This document shows positions 38,656-50,900 of a stretch of 64,000 bases of DNA, in pieces. Under the pieces are notes generated by a model. The model saw only the letters and a program-made list of their open reading frames with translations, had not been told where the DNA came from and did no database searches. Source of the DNA: Chlorokybus atmophyticus (Eukaryota; Plantae; Mesostigma and Chlorokybus algae); NCBI GenBank assembly GCA_009103225.1, contig RHPI01000671.1, forward strand, positions 617,915 through 681,914, written 5' to 3'. Position 1 is the stretch's first letter; each line of letters begins with the position of its first letter. The position numbers and the translations under genes are program-made.

Positions 38656-41600
38656 ATGCCTGAAATTAACGGTAAGGTGCCTGTAATGGGTGGAGCAGAC
38701 CACGTGAAGGTGTTTATCAGGTGCCGGCCGGTCTCTGAGAGGTAAATTGCACTGTCAGCCCTAGCTACAAAGAGTACATGCTCAGGCTGTAAATGCTGTT
38801 GGGTATGCGTTGCATGGAAAGCCCTGTTGTACAACAGAGAGAGGTTGCAGCAAGTGTGCAGCGTAGTGGACGTGCCAGCAGCGAGCACAGTTGTAGTGCA
38901 GGGCGCAAGCGGTGGTGAGTGCTTGCGGACGAGTACTGTCAGCATGCAAGCTAATTTTGCTTGTCATGTGCTGCAATGCGCTTGTTTTAATGGAACCAAC
39001 AACTTCAGTTAAATTAAAACAGACTGTACGTTTCGGTTCGACCAATGCTTTGGTCCGAGCACCCATGATGAAGGCGACCAGATGCAAGAAGGCCAACAAG
39101 AACTGCTTTACGACACAATTGGCAAACCGCTTGTGGACAATGCATTGGCTGGTAAGTCAAGTTATGCCCCTGCAATTGTGTGCATGCACACGAAGCTAAG
39201 CACTACATTGTGACTGGCAGGCTGCAATGGCAGTTTGATGGCCTATGGCCAAACTGGCGCAGGCAAGACGTTCAGCATGTATGGCGAACTGGCGGAGCAA
39301 GAAGCTCAGGAAGCATGCTCTCTTCCACGTCGTGCAGGATTAATCCCGCGCATGTGCAATGGCATCTTCCAGCAGTTGAACTCAAGCCAGCATGCTCAGG
39401 TGTGTGCTGACTCTATCTTCTATTGTGGCCAATGACATTGATCAACAGGTGCTTGCAGTCTCAGGTGGAGGTAAGCTGCTATGAGGTGTACGAAGACCAG
39501 GTGTTCGACTTGTTATCAGCCGGCAAGGTGCGCCTTAACATCAGTAGAGCAACTTGCTGAACAAAAGGATTGCATGTGTAACCATGCTTTGATTCTAGGA
39601 GGCTGTCACATGTAAGCCAGGGAAGAATGCTCCAATGACAAAGACACCATCATCGCGGCAAGCATTGGGAGTGCGCACTAAAGACGGCAGATTCTTTGTG
39701 GACGGACTGATAAGGTCGTTTCCAAAACAGCTGCCTGTTGTACCGCCTGTTGTGTGGTACTATGTCTGTTTGTGTTGCCAGTGTGGTGCAATCTGGAACA
39801 TGAACAACACCTCGCCCCGCGTAGAGTGCAACATCTGGCCAGTGTGCAGGCAAAAGGCTGCAAGCTACAATGACATGTTGAAGATGCTTGCTGAGGGGAT
39901 GAACAGGCGAAGCACGGCCGAAACTACCATGAACGCCCACAGCTCACGGTCCCATACTTTTTTCCACATCTTCATCAAGCAACAGCAGGTGACGAGCTCG
40001 TTGAGCATTGGCACATGGATGTGTTGGATGCAGAAGCAGATCGATGTATACATGCTGTCCTTGCGGTCAGGTTGGACGCAACTTGGCTAGCGAGATCTTG
40101 CTTGTTGATCTTGCTGGAAGTGAGCGGCGCACGAGGACAAACAACAATGCACAGCAGAAGCAGGTTGTATTCCCTGTTTTGATGGCATCATGATTGTAAA
40201 GGCTGATGTGGTAGCCTCAAATGGTGTTAATCTGGTAATTATACGGCAGGAGGCCGATGGCATCAACGTTTCCTTGACTTGTTTGGGTCGTGTCATTGAT
40301 GCGAAGCGGGCAACATCAGCAACTCATGTGCCTTTTGGAGACAGTGTGCTTACAAAGTAAATGTTGCATAGTTGTTCACCAAGCTTGTTCATGACTGTAC
40401 TGAATGCATGCACACGACCACACCCGTTGTGCAGGCTGCTTGCACCAGCGCTGGAAGGCAACTCTAAGACCCACCTGCTGGCTGCCGTATCGCCAGCGAG
40501 CACAGACTGCCAGGAGACACTTTGCACATTACGGTATCAGCTGCAGTGAATGCACACCTGCGTTGCCAGTGAATCATGGTGTAGTAGCACATCCAGGTCT
40601 GCAGTTGACACATTTTACCACCTGCTGAATAGGTTTGCACACCGAGCGCGTGAGGTCAAGACAGCACCCAAAGCAAACATCATCAGAACCAGTATGCACA
40701 AGCGCATGCACAGCAAGTTGCCAGATGCACTTACACGGCTCCGGCTTACACTGTGGTGCTTGCAGCATGCAACGCTGATGTCAAGGAGGCCTACTTGCAA
40801 GTTGCCAAACTGCAGCAGCAGCTGGAGACAAGCACTGCCGACAAGCAAGAGCTGCAGCAGCAGCTGGAGGCGTCGCTCCAGACTTATCAACAATGTCAAC
40901 AGCAGTTGGAGGCTAGCGATGCTGAGAAAAGTGAGCTTGAACGCCAACTTGATGACTGCCGACAGCATCTGCGTGCACAATCGCAGCAGCCACTAGCTGA
41001 GGTGTTGGAGAAGCAGACGCTGCAACTCGCTGACTGCCTCAATTCAGCTCAGACAACGCCCTTACAATTGCATGAAGACACCCATATGTACTGTACTCCT
41101 CAGCCAAGCAAAGTGGAGAATATCACTATTGCGAGCAGCAGTGAGATGCAAGGTGTTGTTGATGGCAGCCCAGGCACACCTGAAAGTCCCTGCAATATGT
41201 CAGACAGCGCATCCGATCTGGGAGATGATGATACTGCTGCTAGCCCTGCCATGAGCAGTTTGCGGGACCGCGTCGGATGCGCGTCCAGTGAGCAACGGGT
41301 TGTGCAACTGAGTAAAGTGGTGGCTGCTTCATTTGCTGAAGCAGACGCTCCTGTTGGGTCTTCCAGGTAGTATACTTATATATCTGCACGTGCATGCGTG
41401 CGTGCGTGTGCGCTAAGTTATGAGCTGACGCTGCTTTGTTTTGCATTCCATATTCACCCAAACGTTTGCAGACCTCAGTGTACAGACCATTGCGAAGTGC
41501 GGGTGTTTGCTGAAGGTGATGATGGCGAGGTAAGGTACAAGATTGCAGCTTGGTTGCAGCTTGATTCATCCACCTGCTTTGCAGGTGTTTGCTGTTGTTT

Positions 41601-42430
41601 CGCGCATCCCAAGGGCACTGCCGTTGCAAGATCTCCGTCAACAACTAACTGCTATGACTGGAGTCCCGGCCAACTTTACATTTTTGCTGATAGCGGTAAG
41701 TATGTATTGCTTAATACATAGAGTAGCCAACATTGCAACTGTGCGCTACTACCAACCCCGCACTGGTGCCATTGCGCAGGGCAAGGGGCCCGTGTCAGCA
41801 TCAAGCGAGGCTGTGGTTACTGTGGGCTCATTGCAGGTACGCAATCTCAGCAGCTGAAATGCCAAAGTATCGCAACTGTGTAGTTGCGTTTTCCATGCAT
41901 TACCAGCTGCTTGGCTTGGCTTGGCGTACTTGTAGTCATCATACTGTTATGAAGTTGATAGATTGCTCAACCTGCACACAGCTTATGCGGCTTAGTAGCG
42001 TGCATTGGACTAGAGTCACTTTCCCGTTAACAAGGACGCTAAGCAGTGGATAGGAGTTGTGCAATGCATCGTACATATGGTCAGAAACTACAAGTTCTGC
42101 AGTCAGTAAACCATGTCACAGACTCTGCCTCGGCTGCTTGGCAGGAATGCACTGTCTGCGTGGGTACGAGACTGGCGTGCTTGCGCGTGCACAGGCCAGT
42201 ACGCAAGCCTCTTCGCGCGCTCAACAGCGAGCCTCCTAGCCAGCCTCCATTCCATGCTAAGGCTTGTGGAGTGTTTGCTGCTTGTCTGCCAGCAGCCGCA
42301 ACGTCCAAGAATAAGAGGAAGCGCCAGCTGCGCAACAAGCCAGAACCTCATGACTTCAAAAGGCGAGGGGAGCTCAAGCTGGCTCACACCGCTGCCGGAC
42401 CTTTGCTTCATCCTTTTGGACACCTTTAAC
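38656..42430 (+). CDS. Kinesin-like protein (N-terminal motor, coiled coil, unassigned C-terminal region); 3' end uncertain (42239 or 42429)
   Basis: VKVFIRCRP; FRFDQCF; MAYGQTGAGKTFSM (P-loop); NAHSSRSH (switch I); LVDLAGSER (switch II); LEGNSKT...AVSP...ETLCTLR|FAHRA; Gln/Leu-rich heptads 40770-41040. Confidence 0.88.
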
Positions 42431-43450
42431 AGGTACGATATTGGTAAAACTTCTATTGCCAGCAACACAAGGATCACATCACAGCGCTTGCTATAGCTCA
42501 TCTGTGACTTGACCCTCAGGTGCCTGCACTGCAGGAGGCACAGCAACCTTCCAATCAAGATGCTGCGTACTTCACTGATGTATAGTTCATCTTGAACCTC
42601 CAAGTGTCAGCCATAGATAGAGGTGGTACACTGACACCTGTCTATGCAAATATATGCGAACATTTGTAATCCGTACGTGTCGCAATGCTCGTTCCGCATC
42701 TGGAATAGAGGGAAGGAGCTCAGCAATAACTGCTAGGCATGAATGGGCTTCTTCATATATTTCAAAGCTGTGACCAATTGTACGCATGCACTCTCTCTGA
42801 TCTGCAGGTCGATCACACAGTCGGTAGTTGTTGCTGCTGCCTGGCCCACGCTGTACTGCATTGCACATAGAAGCACATAGTATAGTGGTTGCGGAGGCCC
42901 CGGGGGTAACTGCTCGTCCTGCCCGCTTTTGCCTGCTGGTAACTTGCACACACTATGCTCTGGTCTGCAGGTCGATCACACAGTCGGTAGTTGTTGCTGC
43001 TGCCTGGCCCACGCTGCACTGCATTGCACATAGAAGCACATAGTATAGTGGTTGCGGAGGCCCCGGGGGTAACTGCTCGTCCTGCCCGCTTTTGCCTGCT
43101 GGTAACTTGCACACACTATGCTTTGGCTGCATTGTATGCCTACGATGTATACTTTATGCTAGTCCACAAGTCTGGCACAGTTGGTGCAGGCTTGCATTTG
43201 CAACAGGCACTTGTTGTGGTTGCCGCGAGCTTGCATGCGCGTTGAATGCCTCATGTAGTCATGTATTGAGTGCATGCAGCTACAGCAGCGGATGCTGTAG
43301 TTATAACGCAACTGCGCGTTGCTACTGACACCGCAAGCTCCTGGGCAAGTTGTCGTGCATTGAAGCACTGAGCAAGACTGTCTGCGAACCAAGGGCAATC
43401 CTGTGACAGATCTGTAGCCTATCTGTAAGCGCTGACTAAACAACACCAAA
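42103..43450 (-). other. Possible uncharacterised or degenerate gene, convergent with the kinesin
   Basis: Protein-like frames AVIAELLPSIPDAERALRHVRITNVRIYLHRQ and VQDELYISEVRSILIGRLLCLL... (166-aa ORF) can be joined by a ~40-nt GT..ctgac..AG intron. No recognisable domain. Confidence 0.3.
42801..43122. repeat. Near-perfect 2 x 163-bp tandem duplication
   Basis: tctgcaggtcgatcacacagtcggtagttg...gtaacttgcacacactatgct at 42801 and 42964; one mismatch seen (gtactg/gcactg). Confidence 0.95.
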
Positions 43451-44159
43451 TGGAACGAGTCAGCGTAATGAAGATTTCTAAACTCCTACATGTAAAAAGT
43501 AGGGTCAGTTGGGATTACAGATACAACGATGACCAAAAAAACCTCAACACACAGTCGGTAGCACGCAAGTGCGCATCTTGACCTGGTGGTTGTGGGGCAT
43601 TGAGGTTAGTGTGTTAGCAAGTGTGTTGCATGCGTGGTGTGAGCCGAATGTGCCTACCTTCCACAATGGTCGTACAGCATGCAGCTATAACTGCAAAGCA
43701 CCTGCGCACGGCTGGCACATGCGCCAAAGAAAAGAGCATGATATGGCAGGTCTCAAATTTCTAGGCGACATGCTAGATGCACAAGAACCAAGTGCGCACA
43801 AGTGTGCCCATGCAAGAAGCATGCAGACATATGCTTGTCTGCATGCTTCGGTGAGCAGCACATTTACCTGCCCGCATGCGTGACATGAAGAGGCACATAC
43901 TCCAGCAGCACACACCCTTCAGTAGTAGTGTGCACTGATAAAGTACTTGGTTGGCAACCCAGTCATTGGCATCATGCAAGCAATATTCTATTGACTCAAC
44001 CTCAGAGACTCTCAAAGAGGGTACAAACCATCCAGCTACGTGTGCAGACTGATTGCTGCAGAACTTCAAAATGTACACGGCAGCAACACACCTACAAAAC
44101 CGCCACTGTGCTGCTGTCAAACAACAGTGCATACAACTTATCCTAGCATAGCCAAAACC

Positions 44160-46838
44160 CTACAACTCATCATGATCAAGGTCCTCATCTTCTTCAGCGT
44201 CACCACCAGCACCTGGGCCGCCAGCTGCCTGGTAGATCTTGGTGATAATAGGGTTGCAGGTCTTCTCAACCTCCTTCAACTTGTCATCGTAATCTTCCTT
44301 CTCAGCGCTCTGGTTGTCGTCCAACCAGTCAAGGGCCTCCTTGACAGCGCTCTCAATGGCTTCCTTATCGTCCTCGCCGATCTTGTCACCAAGCTTGTCT
44401 GAGTCGTTGATGGTGTTCTTCATGTTGTAGCAGTAGGTCTCAAGCTGATTGCGGGCGTCAATTCGCTCCTTAACCTGTGGGCGTATCAAGTTCAGCTTAT
44501 TCACCAGTTGCATTTACCAATGCATCAACGTACTACCAGAACAAGTGAGCCTTGAGCACAACAGCAAGCCAAGCATACCTTCTTGTCTTCCTCAGCGAAC
44601 TCCTCAGCCTCACGGACCATGCGCTCAATCTCCTCCTGAGGCAATCTGCCCTTATCGTTGGTGATGGTGATCTTCTCCTTCTTGCCAGTGCCCTTATCCT
44701 CAGCAGCCACATTGAGAATACCATTGGCATCAACTTCAAAAGTCACCTCAATCTGAGGAACTCCGCTGCAGACAGCGAGTATGTCAGACACCCAGAGCAT
44801 CAATGGAGTGTTGTTTCAGTGACAATCAAGCGTACCGTGGAGCTGGGGGGATGCCAGAGAGCTCAAACTTGCCGAGAATGTGGTTGTCCTTGGTCATGGC
44901 ACGCTCACCCTCGAACACCTGAATCTGGACAGTGGTCTGTTGATCCTGGTAGGTGGTGAACACCTGGGACTTCTTGGTGGGGATGACCGTGTTGCGGGGA
45001 ATGAGCTTGGTCATCACTCCACCAACAGTTTCAATGCCGAGAGTCAAGGGCGCAACATCCAGAAGGAGAATGTCTGTTGGATGGAGACAGGTGTTAGATC
45101 AATTCCAGATGCAAGGAGACTCTTAAACTGGAAATGGCAAGACTTCAGCAGTGTGCACAAAGGTACTCACCCTTAGTTTCGTCACCGCCTTCACCAGAGA
45201 GGATGCCACCCTGCACAGCCGCGCCATATGCAACAGCCTCATCGGGGTTCACACCCTTGTTGGGTTCCTTGCCATCAAAGAACTCCTTCAGCAGGTCAAC
45301 AACCTTGGGGATGCGAGTGCTGCCACCAACGAGCACAATCTCTTCAATATCAGACTTCTTCAGCTTGGCATCCTCCATGGCCTTCTTGACTGGACCCATG
45401 GTCTTGCGGAAGAGGTCAATGTTGAGCTCCTCAAAGCGAGCGCGGGTGAGAGGCTCAGAAAGGTCAATGCCCTCAAAGAGACTTTCAATCTCCACCCGGA
45501 CTTGGTGCTGCGTGCTGAGGGCACGTTTGGCGCGCTCAGCCTCCCTACGAAGCTTCTGAAGAGCGCGGGGCTCTGTGCTGATGTCCTTGCCGTACTTGCG
45601 CTTGATCAGCTTGATGAAGTATTCCATGACGCGCTGGTCGAAGTCCTCACCACCCAGATGGGTATCACCGCTGGTGGAGACGACCTCAAAGACACCGTTG
45701 TCAATGGTGAGAATGCTGACATCGAAGGTACCACCACCCAGATCAAACACCAGAATGTTGTGCTCTCCACGCTTCTCATTCAGACCGTATGCGATGGCAG
45801 CCGCAGTGGGCTCATTGATGATGCGGGCAACATTGAGGCCAGCGATGACACCGGCATCCTTTGTGGCTTGGCGCTGGGCATCATTGAAGTAAGCTGCACA
45901 CCGCACAAGACTTAAGGGCTTGCCGCAGTGCACCATGCATATCTTCACACCGAAGCAGGCTTATTTGACTCACTGCACTGACATACAACATACAACTTGC
46001 TGACAACTATGGATTGACTGTGAAGCCAGGTGAGACAGCGCAAACCATGATAAGTTAAAGTATTTACCAAAGCATGGTCGTACCTGGGACAGTCACGACA
46101 GCGTTCTTTACGGTTTTGCCAAGGTAAGCCTCCGCAGTCTCCTTCATCTTGGTCAGAATCATTGCGCTAATCTCCTCAGGAGAGAATTGTTTCCTCTCAC
46201 CAGACGTAATCTCAACATCTATATATGGCTTGCCATCCTTGTTGACAATAGCGAATGGCACAAGCTTCATGTCACGCTGCACCTCCTTGTCTGTGAACCT
46301 GCGGCACAACCATTTAAGCACAATGCTCCTACGAGTGCAGTAGTGCAGTGCTTAGCCGGAGCACAACAGGCAAATGTCTGCCATGCATGCAGTAATAACA
46401 CTGAAATACACACTTGCGTCCAATGAGGCGCTTGACATCGAAGACGGTGCGGGAAGGGTTGACAGTAGCCTGGTTCTTCGCTGCCTCACCGATGAGGCGC
46501 TCAGAGTCAGTGAAAGCCACCCATGAAGGCGTGATGCGGTTACCCTGATCGTTGGCGATAATCTCCACTCGGCCGTTCTTAAACACACCAACACAGCTGT
46601 ATGTTGTACCCAAGTCAATACCAATGACAGTTCCCAGTGGTGCTCCTTCCTCCGCTGCGAGAACTGCAGCTCCAAACAAAGCTGCCACCGCTGCACATGC
46701 ACAAAGATGGGCATTCAGCAAGCCTGTCAGCCGAACACATGCACATTGGCAAACGAGCACAGCTGACTTGACAAATAGAACACACACAGAAGCATGCTCA
46801 CCTAAAACAGCGAAGGCCAGCGCTGCCCCTCGCGCCAT
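44160..46838 (-). CDS. BIP: ER luminal HSP70 chaperone BiP
   Basis: Signal peptide [13 protein letters not shown]|[12 protein letters not shown]; [14 protein letters not shown]; [17 protein letters not shown]; [10 protein letters not shown]; [12 protein letters not shown]; C-terminal HDEL-TAG. Confidence 0.98.
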
Positions 46839-47985
46839 GGCGCTGGAGCAGGCGGTTGAAAGCTCGCTCACCAAAGCCCTTGCTTACGAACGCTCAGGCC
46901 GGCAACACAAGTGCAGCCAACCCGCCTGGCTCCAGCCGCACCTTACACAAGGGCTTAAGACCCTTCGGAACACTCTGCACCCACTGCGGCGCACACTGCG
47001 GGCACCACCGTCGCCTCCAACCGCCAGTTCAGGCACTGAATGCACTGCGGCTGCGCCCTTGATCAATACTGGTGCAGTGGTGCTGATGGCTTTGTTTAGG
47101 CACTGAATGCTTTATCGGTTTGTTTTCTTGGTTAGTTACCGCTTCAACCAACTGTCTTTCCGGGAGTGAGCTTCATCGGACGGCGAGAATATGCCTGTTG
47201 CTCTAATCGATGGTCAAGCGTGGTCCCACGCTTTGCCAACCGTCTTGCACCAATAGGAAGCTTTGCATACGTGCGAAACACGCCAGTAAACAGGTGTCCG
47301 CCAATCAGCAGACACGGATACAGCCCACTGCTCTCAGCAGAGTTCCACGTGGCGTATTCTGACCAGAGATCTGATGTCACGATACCTTGGCCCCGCCAAG
47401 CCGCGGGTGGGCTGCGTAATGCAATACGGCCGTCACGGCGCGTCAAGGGCCTCGCCTCATTGGTGCAAATACGCCTTGCTAACACGTGGCGCATAGTCTG
47501 CGAGTGCATTACGCTGTTTTCGCGGGGTATTAGCGTCATCGTGACCGCGTTACGACTGCGCGGCCGCGGGCACGCAACTGTAACGGTCGAAGCTTCGAGA
47601 CGATTCAGGGCCGAGGCACAACAGGTCAACAGCGCAGACTTGACCTGGCTTGGTCAAGAATGGATTAGATTGTTGACCGAATAGCGACGGTCAGGGGCTG
47701 AAAGGCTGAAGTGTTGGTCAGCAAGCCAGTTTAAGTGCGCATAAGGAGTAACTGCAGTTCTTGAGCAGTGTGGCAGAAACGGTGGCATTGCTGCAGGGCA
47801 TTGCCAAGGGCGACGCGGCAGAGGCGGTGGAGGCGGAGGCGGAGGCGGAGGCGGAGGCCGAAGAGCCTGTAGACGTTGCCAAGGAGGCGGACGGACCAGG
47901 AGAACGAACCAGCACTGAGGTGCAAGTAAACAGCTCAGCGCAGGCCTGAGTGCCACTGGTGCAGCGGGGCGCCGGCGGCTTCAGC
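46839..47985. promoter_or_regulatory. Divergent BiP/GRP94 intergenic region with CCAAT boxes and CACG/G-box cores
   Basis: CCAAT at 47250 and 47301, ATTGG at 47459, CCACGTGG at 47345, CACGTG at 47483; CpG-rich. Spacing is not canonical ERSE. Confidence 0.55.
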
Positions 47986-50900
47986 ATGGACCGCCGCTGG
48001 GCGGCCGTGCTGCTTGTGGTGTTAGCTGCAGCTTCCACAATTACGCCAGCTGGTAAGTCAAAGCTTAGCTGCATGCGGCGCTTGCTTCGCATTGGTCTGT
48101 TGTGCATGCGGCTTCCAGCAATATATGGCAATGACGCTTGCATTCTGTGACAGTGGTGCGTGGAGATGACGCCAAGACTGGCGAAGCTGTCACACCTCCC
48201 AAGGTGGAGGAAACTCTGGGAGGAGCCATGCCAGACGCGATGGTGACTGACCACACCACGCAACAAAGGTATGCGATTACGCTTCAAGGCTGCATTTGTG
48301 CTGTGGTGTGCTGCCACATTGTGCAGCATGACAGCATGCAGCGCAATTGCATTCTGCAAAGCACATTTTTGCAAGCACGCAAATGTGCTTGCAAAAGCAC
48401 ATTTGCGTGCTTGCAAAAATGTGCTTTGCACAATGTGTCCAAGCATTTCCTTGTGTGTGTTGCGTGCTTGTCTCTGACCTTCATGGTGTAGTGCCTCAAA
48501 GCACATACACAGCTAGCAAATGCTGGTGTTGTACAAATGAGATGAAACTCATGTGCTGATTTCCTTGAATGCAGGGAGAATGAAGCAATGTCGCATACCG
48601 GTCTGAACATCAATGAGCGCAAGCAGCGTGAGGGCGCGCAGCAATTTGAGTTCCAGGCAGAGATCAGTCGCCTGATGGACATTATTATCAACTCTCTCTA
48701 CTCTAACAAAGATATCTTCCTTCGTGAGCTGATCTCCAACGGTTCAGACGTGAGTCCCCATTGCAGTCTGTTCTCGCATTTCTTACCTTGTTGCCTTAGC
48801 TGATAGTTTGTGCAATGCAGGCATTGGACAAGATTCGGTTCCTTTCTCTTACCGACACAGACGCGCTTGGAGAGGGAGACGCAAGCAAGCTTGAGATCAG
48901 GGTAATTCAATGCTTCAATTGAGAAACAGTGGACTGGTGTATTGCAAATCATCAATAACTCGTCTGCTTCCATGCTGTCTTTCAGATATCCTTGGACAAG
49001 GAGAACAAGGTTCTTTCCATCCGGGATCGTGGTGTCGGAATGACGAAGCAGGATCTGATCACCAACTTGGGCACAATTGCCAAGTCTGGCACATCATGTA
49101 CGTTGTGTTTATGACTGTTGATGATTTTTTCAAGCAATGTTTCTTGGTGGAGTTGTTGCAACAATTGTTAATCATGCTACGCTTGCAGCCTTCCTTGAGC
49201 AGATGCAGAAGGGTGGAGACTTGAACTTGATTGGCCAGTTTGGTGTTGGCTTCTACTCCGCCTACTTGGTGTCTGACTACGTGCAAGTCATTACCAAGCA
49301 CAACAATGACACACAGTAAGCGCACAGCAGTAACATGCAGCGTCCTACGTTAAGGCAGCGTCTATAGTTAAAAATGCACATGCAGTTGGCATCAATGTTT
49401 GGTGTGACAGGTACATTTGGGAGTCTGGCGCTGATGGCAGCTTCTCTGTCATTGAGGACACGGAGAGTGAGCCTCTTGGTCGCGGAACTCTCATCAATTT
49501 GCATCTCAAGGAGGAGGCTCAGGAGTACCTGGACGAAGAGAAGCTAAAGGTGAGTTCGTGTCGGCGCGCAGTTTTGTGTGTGTATAACCATCACTTGAGT
49601 GTCCCTTAATGTGACTTGCTCTTCTCAGGAGCTGGTCTCTAAGTACAGCGAGTTCATCAACTTCCCCATCTACCTGCTGACCACCAAGGAAGTGGACGTA
49701 GAGGTACCGGTGGAGGATGGTGAGGAAGACGACACCGAGGAAGGGGCCGAAGGAGAAGGTTAGTGAAGTGCTTGTGGTCAGTGCGGCTCTTTGCCTGATT
49801 AAGAGTGCATGCAGCTCATGTCAATGTGGGTCAACAGAGGATGAGGAAACCAGCGATGACGAGGACGTTGAGGTGACTGATGAGGAGGACGAAGATGAAG
49901 AAGAAAGTAAGTATAAATCAGCAAAGGCAGGAAGCGCAAGGACTGATATGCAGACTTCGTGAGTTCTGTGCTGTCGAGGAGCTTTGACAAGTGAACTTGA
50001 TGTGGCTCAGAGCCCAAGACGAAAACCATCAAGGAGACAAAACAGGAGTGGGAGCTGTTGAACGATAACAAGGCGCTGTGGCTGCGCAACCCTAAGGATG
50101 TTGATGATGAAGAGTATAAGAAGTTCTACAAGTCCTTGACCAAGGTTAGTCCGTTGGCACCCGATTTCTTGACTCTTGCGTTGTGCTCGCATTGTGTCTG
50201 ATGTGTGCATTCATTGCTTCTGGCCAGGATTACCAAGAACCACTCGCATATGCGCATTTCTCTGCTGAGGGTGATGTTGAGTTCAAGGCCATTCTGTACA
50301 TTCCTCCATCTCCTCCTGTTGACTTGTTTGAGAACTACTACACCAAGGTGTCGAACAACCTGAAGCTGTATGTGCGCCGTGTTTTCATCTCTGACGAATT
50401 CCAAGAGCTTCTGCCCAAGTACCTGACCTTCCTCAAGGTACACTGACAGCGTTGTCAAGCATATCAAACGCTTCGTATATGAGTTTACGAAGTGTATATG
50501 CGCACAGAGCAATGCAAAGCTGTGCACACACAGGAGTGCATGCAGCTGTGCATTGCAGTAAGCATCATGCAACTTGAGTACGATAGAAATTCACTTGCAT
50601 GTACCCACGCAGGGCATTGTGGACTCCGACACCCTGCCACTCAATGTGTCTCGTGAGATGCTCCAAGCCCACAGCAGCTTGTTGACTATCAAGAAGAAGC
50701 TGGTCCGCAAGGCCTTGGCCATGATTAAGGAGATGGCTGACGAGGACGCCAAGATCAAGAAGGAGAAGGCTGAGAAGGCCGAGAAGGAGGACACCGAAGA
50801 AAAGTCCGGTATGCTTTTTTTTTTTTTCAGAGCACAAATCTTATGTCAACCTCAATTACGATGTACTGTAAGTATAATGTGGATCTTGTTGCTCACGCTC

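Noticed and set aside
45151-45915. 254-aa plus-strand ORF opposite BiP (and similar ORFs opposite GRP94, e.g. 51004-51321)
   Set aside because: Antisense shadow of strongly biased codon usage in HSP70/HSP90 exons, a well-known artefact; no independent gene signals.
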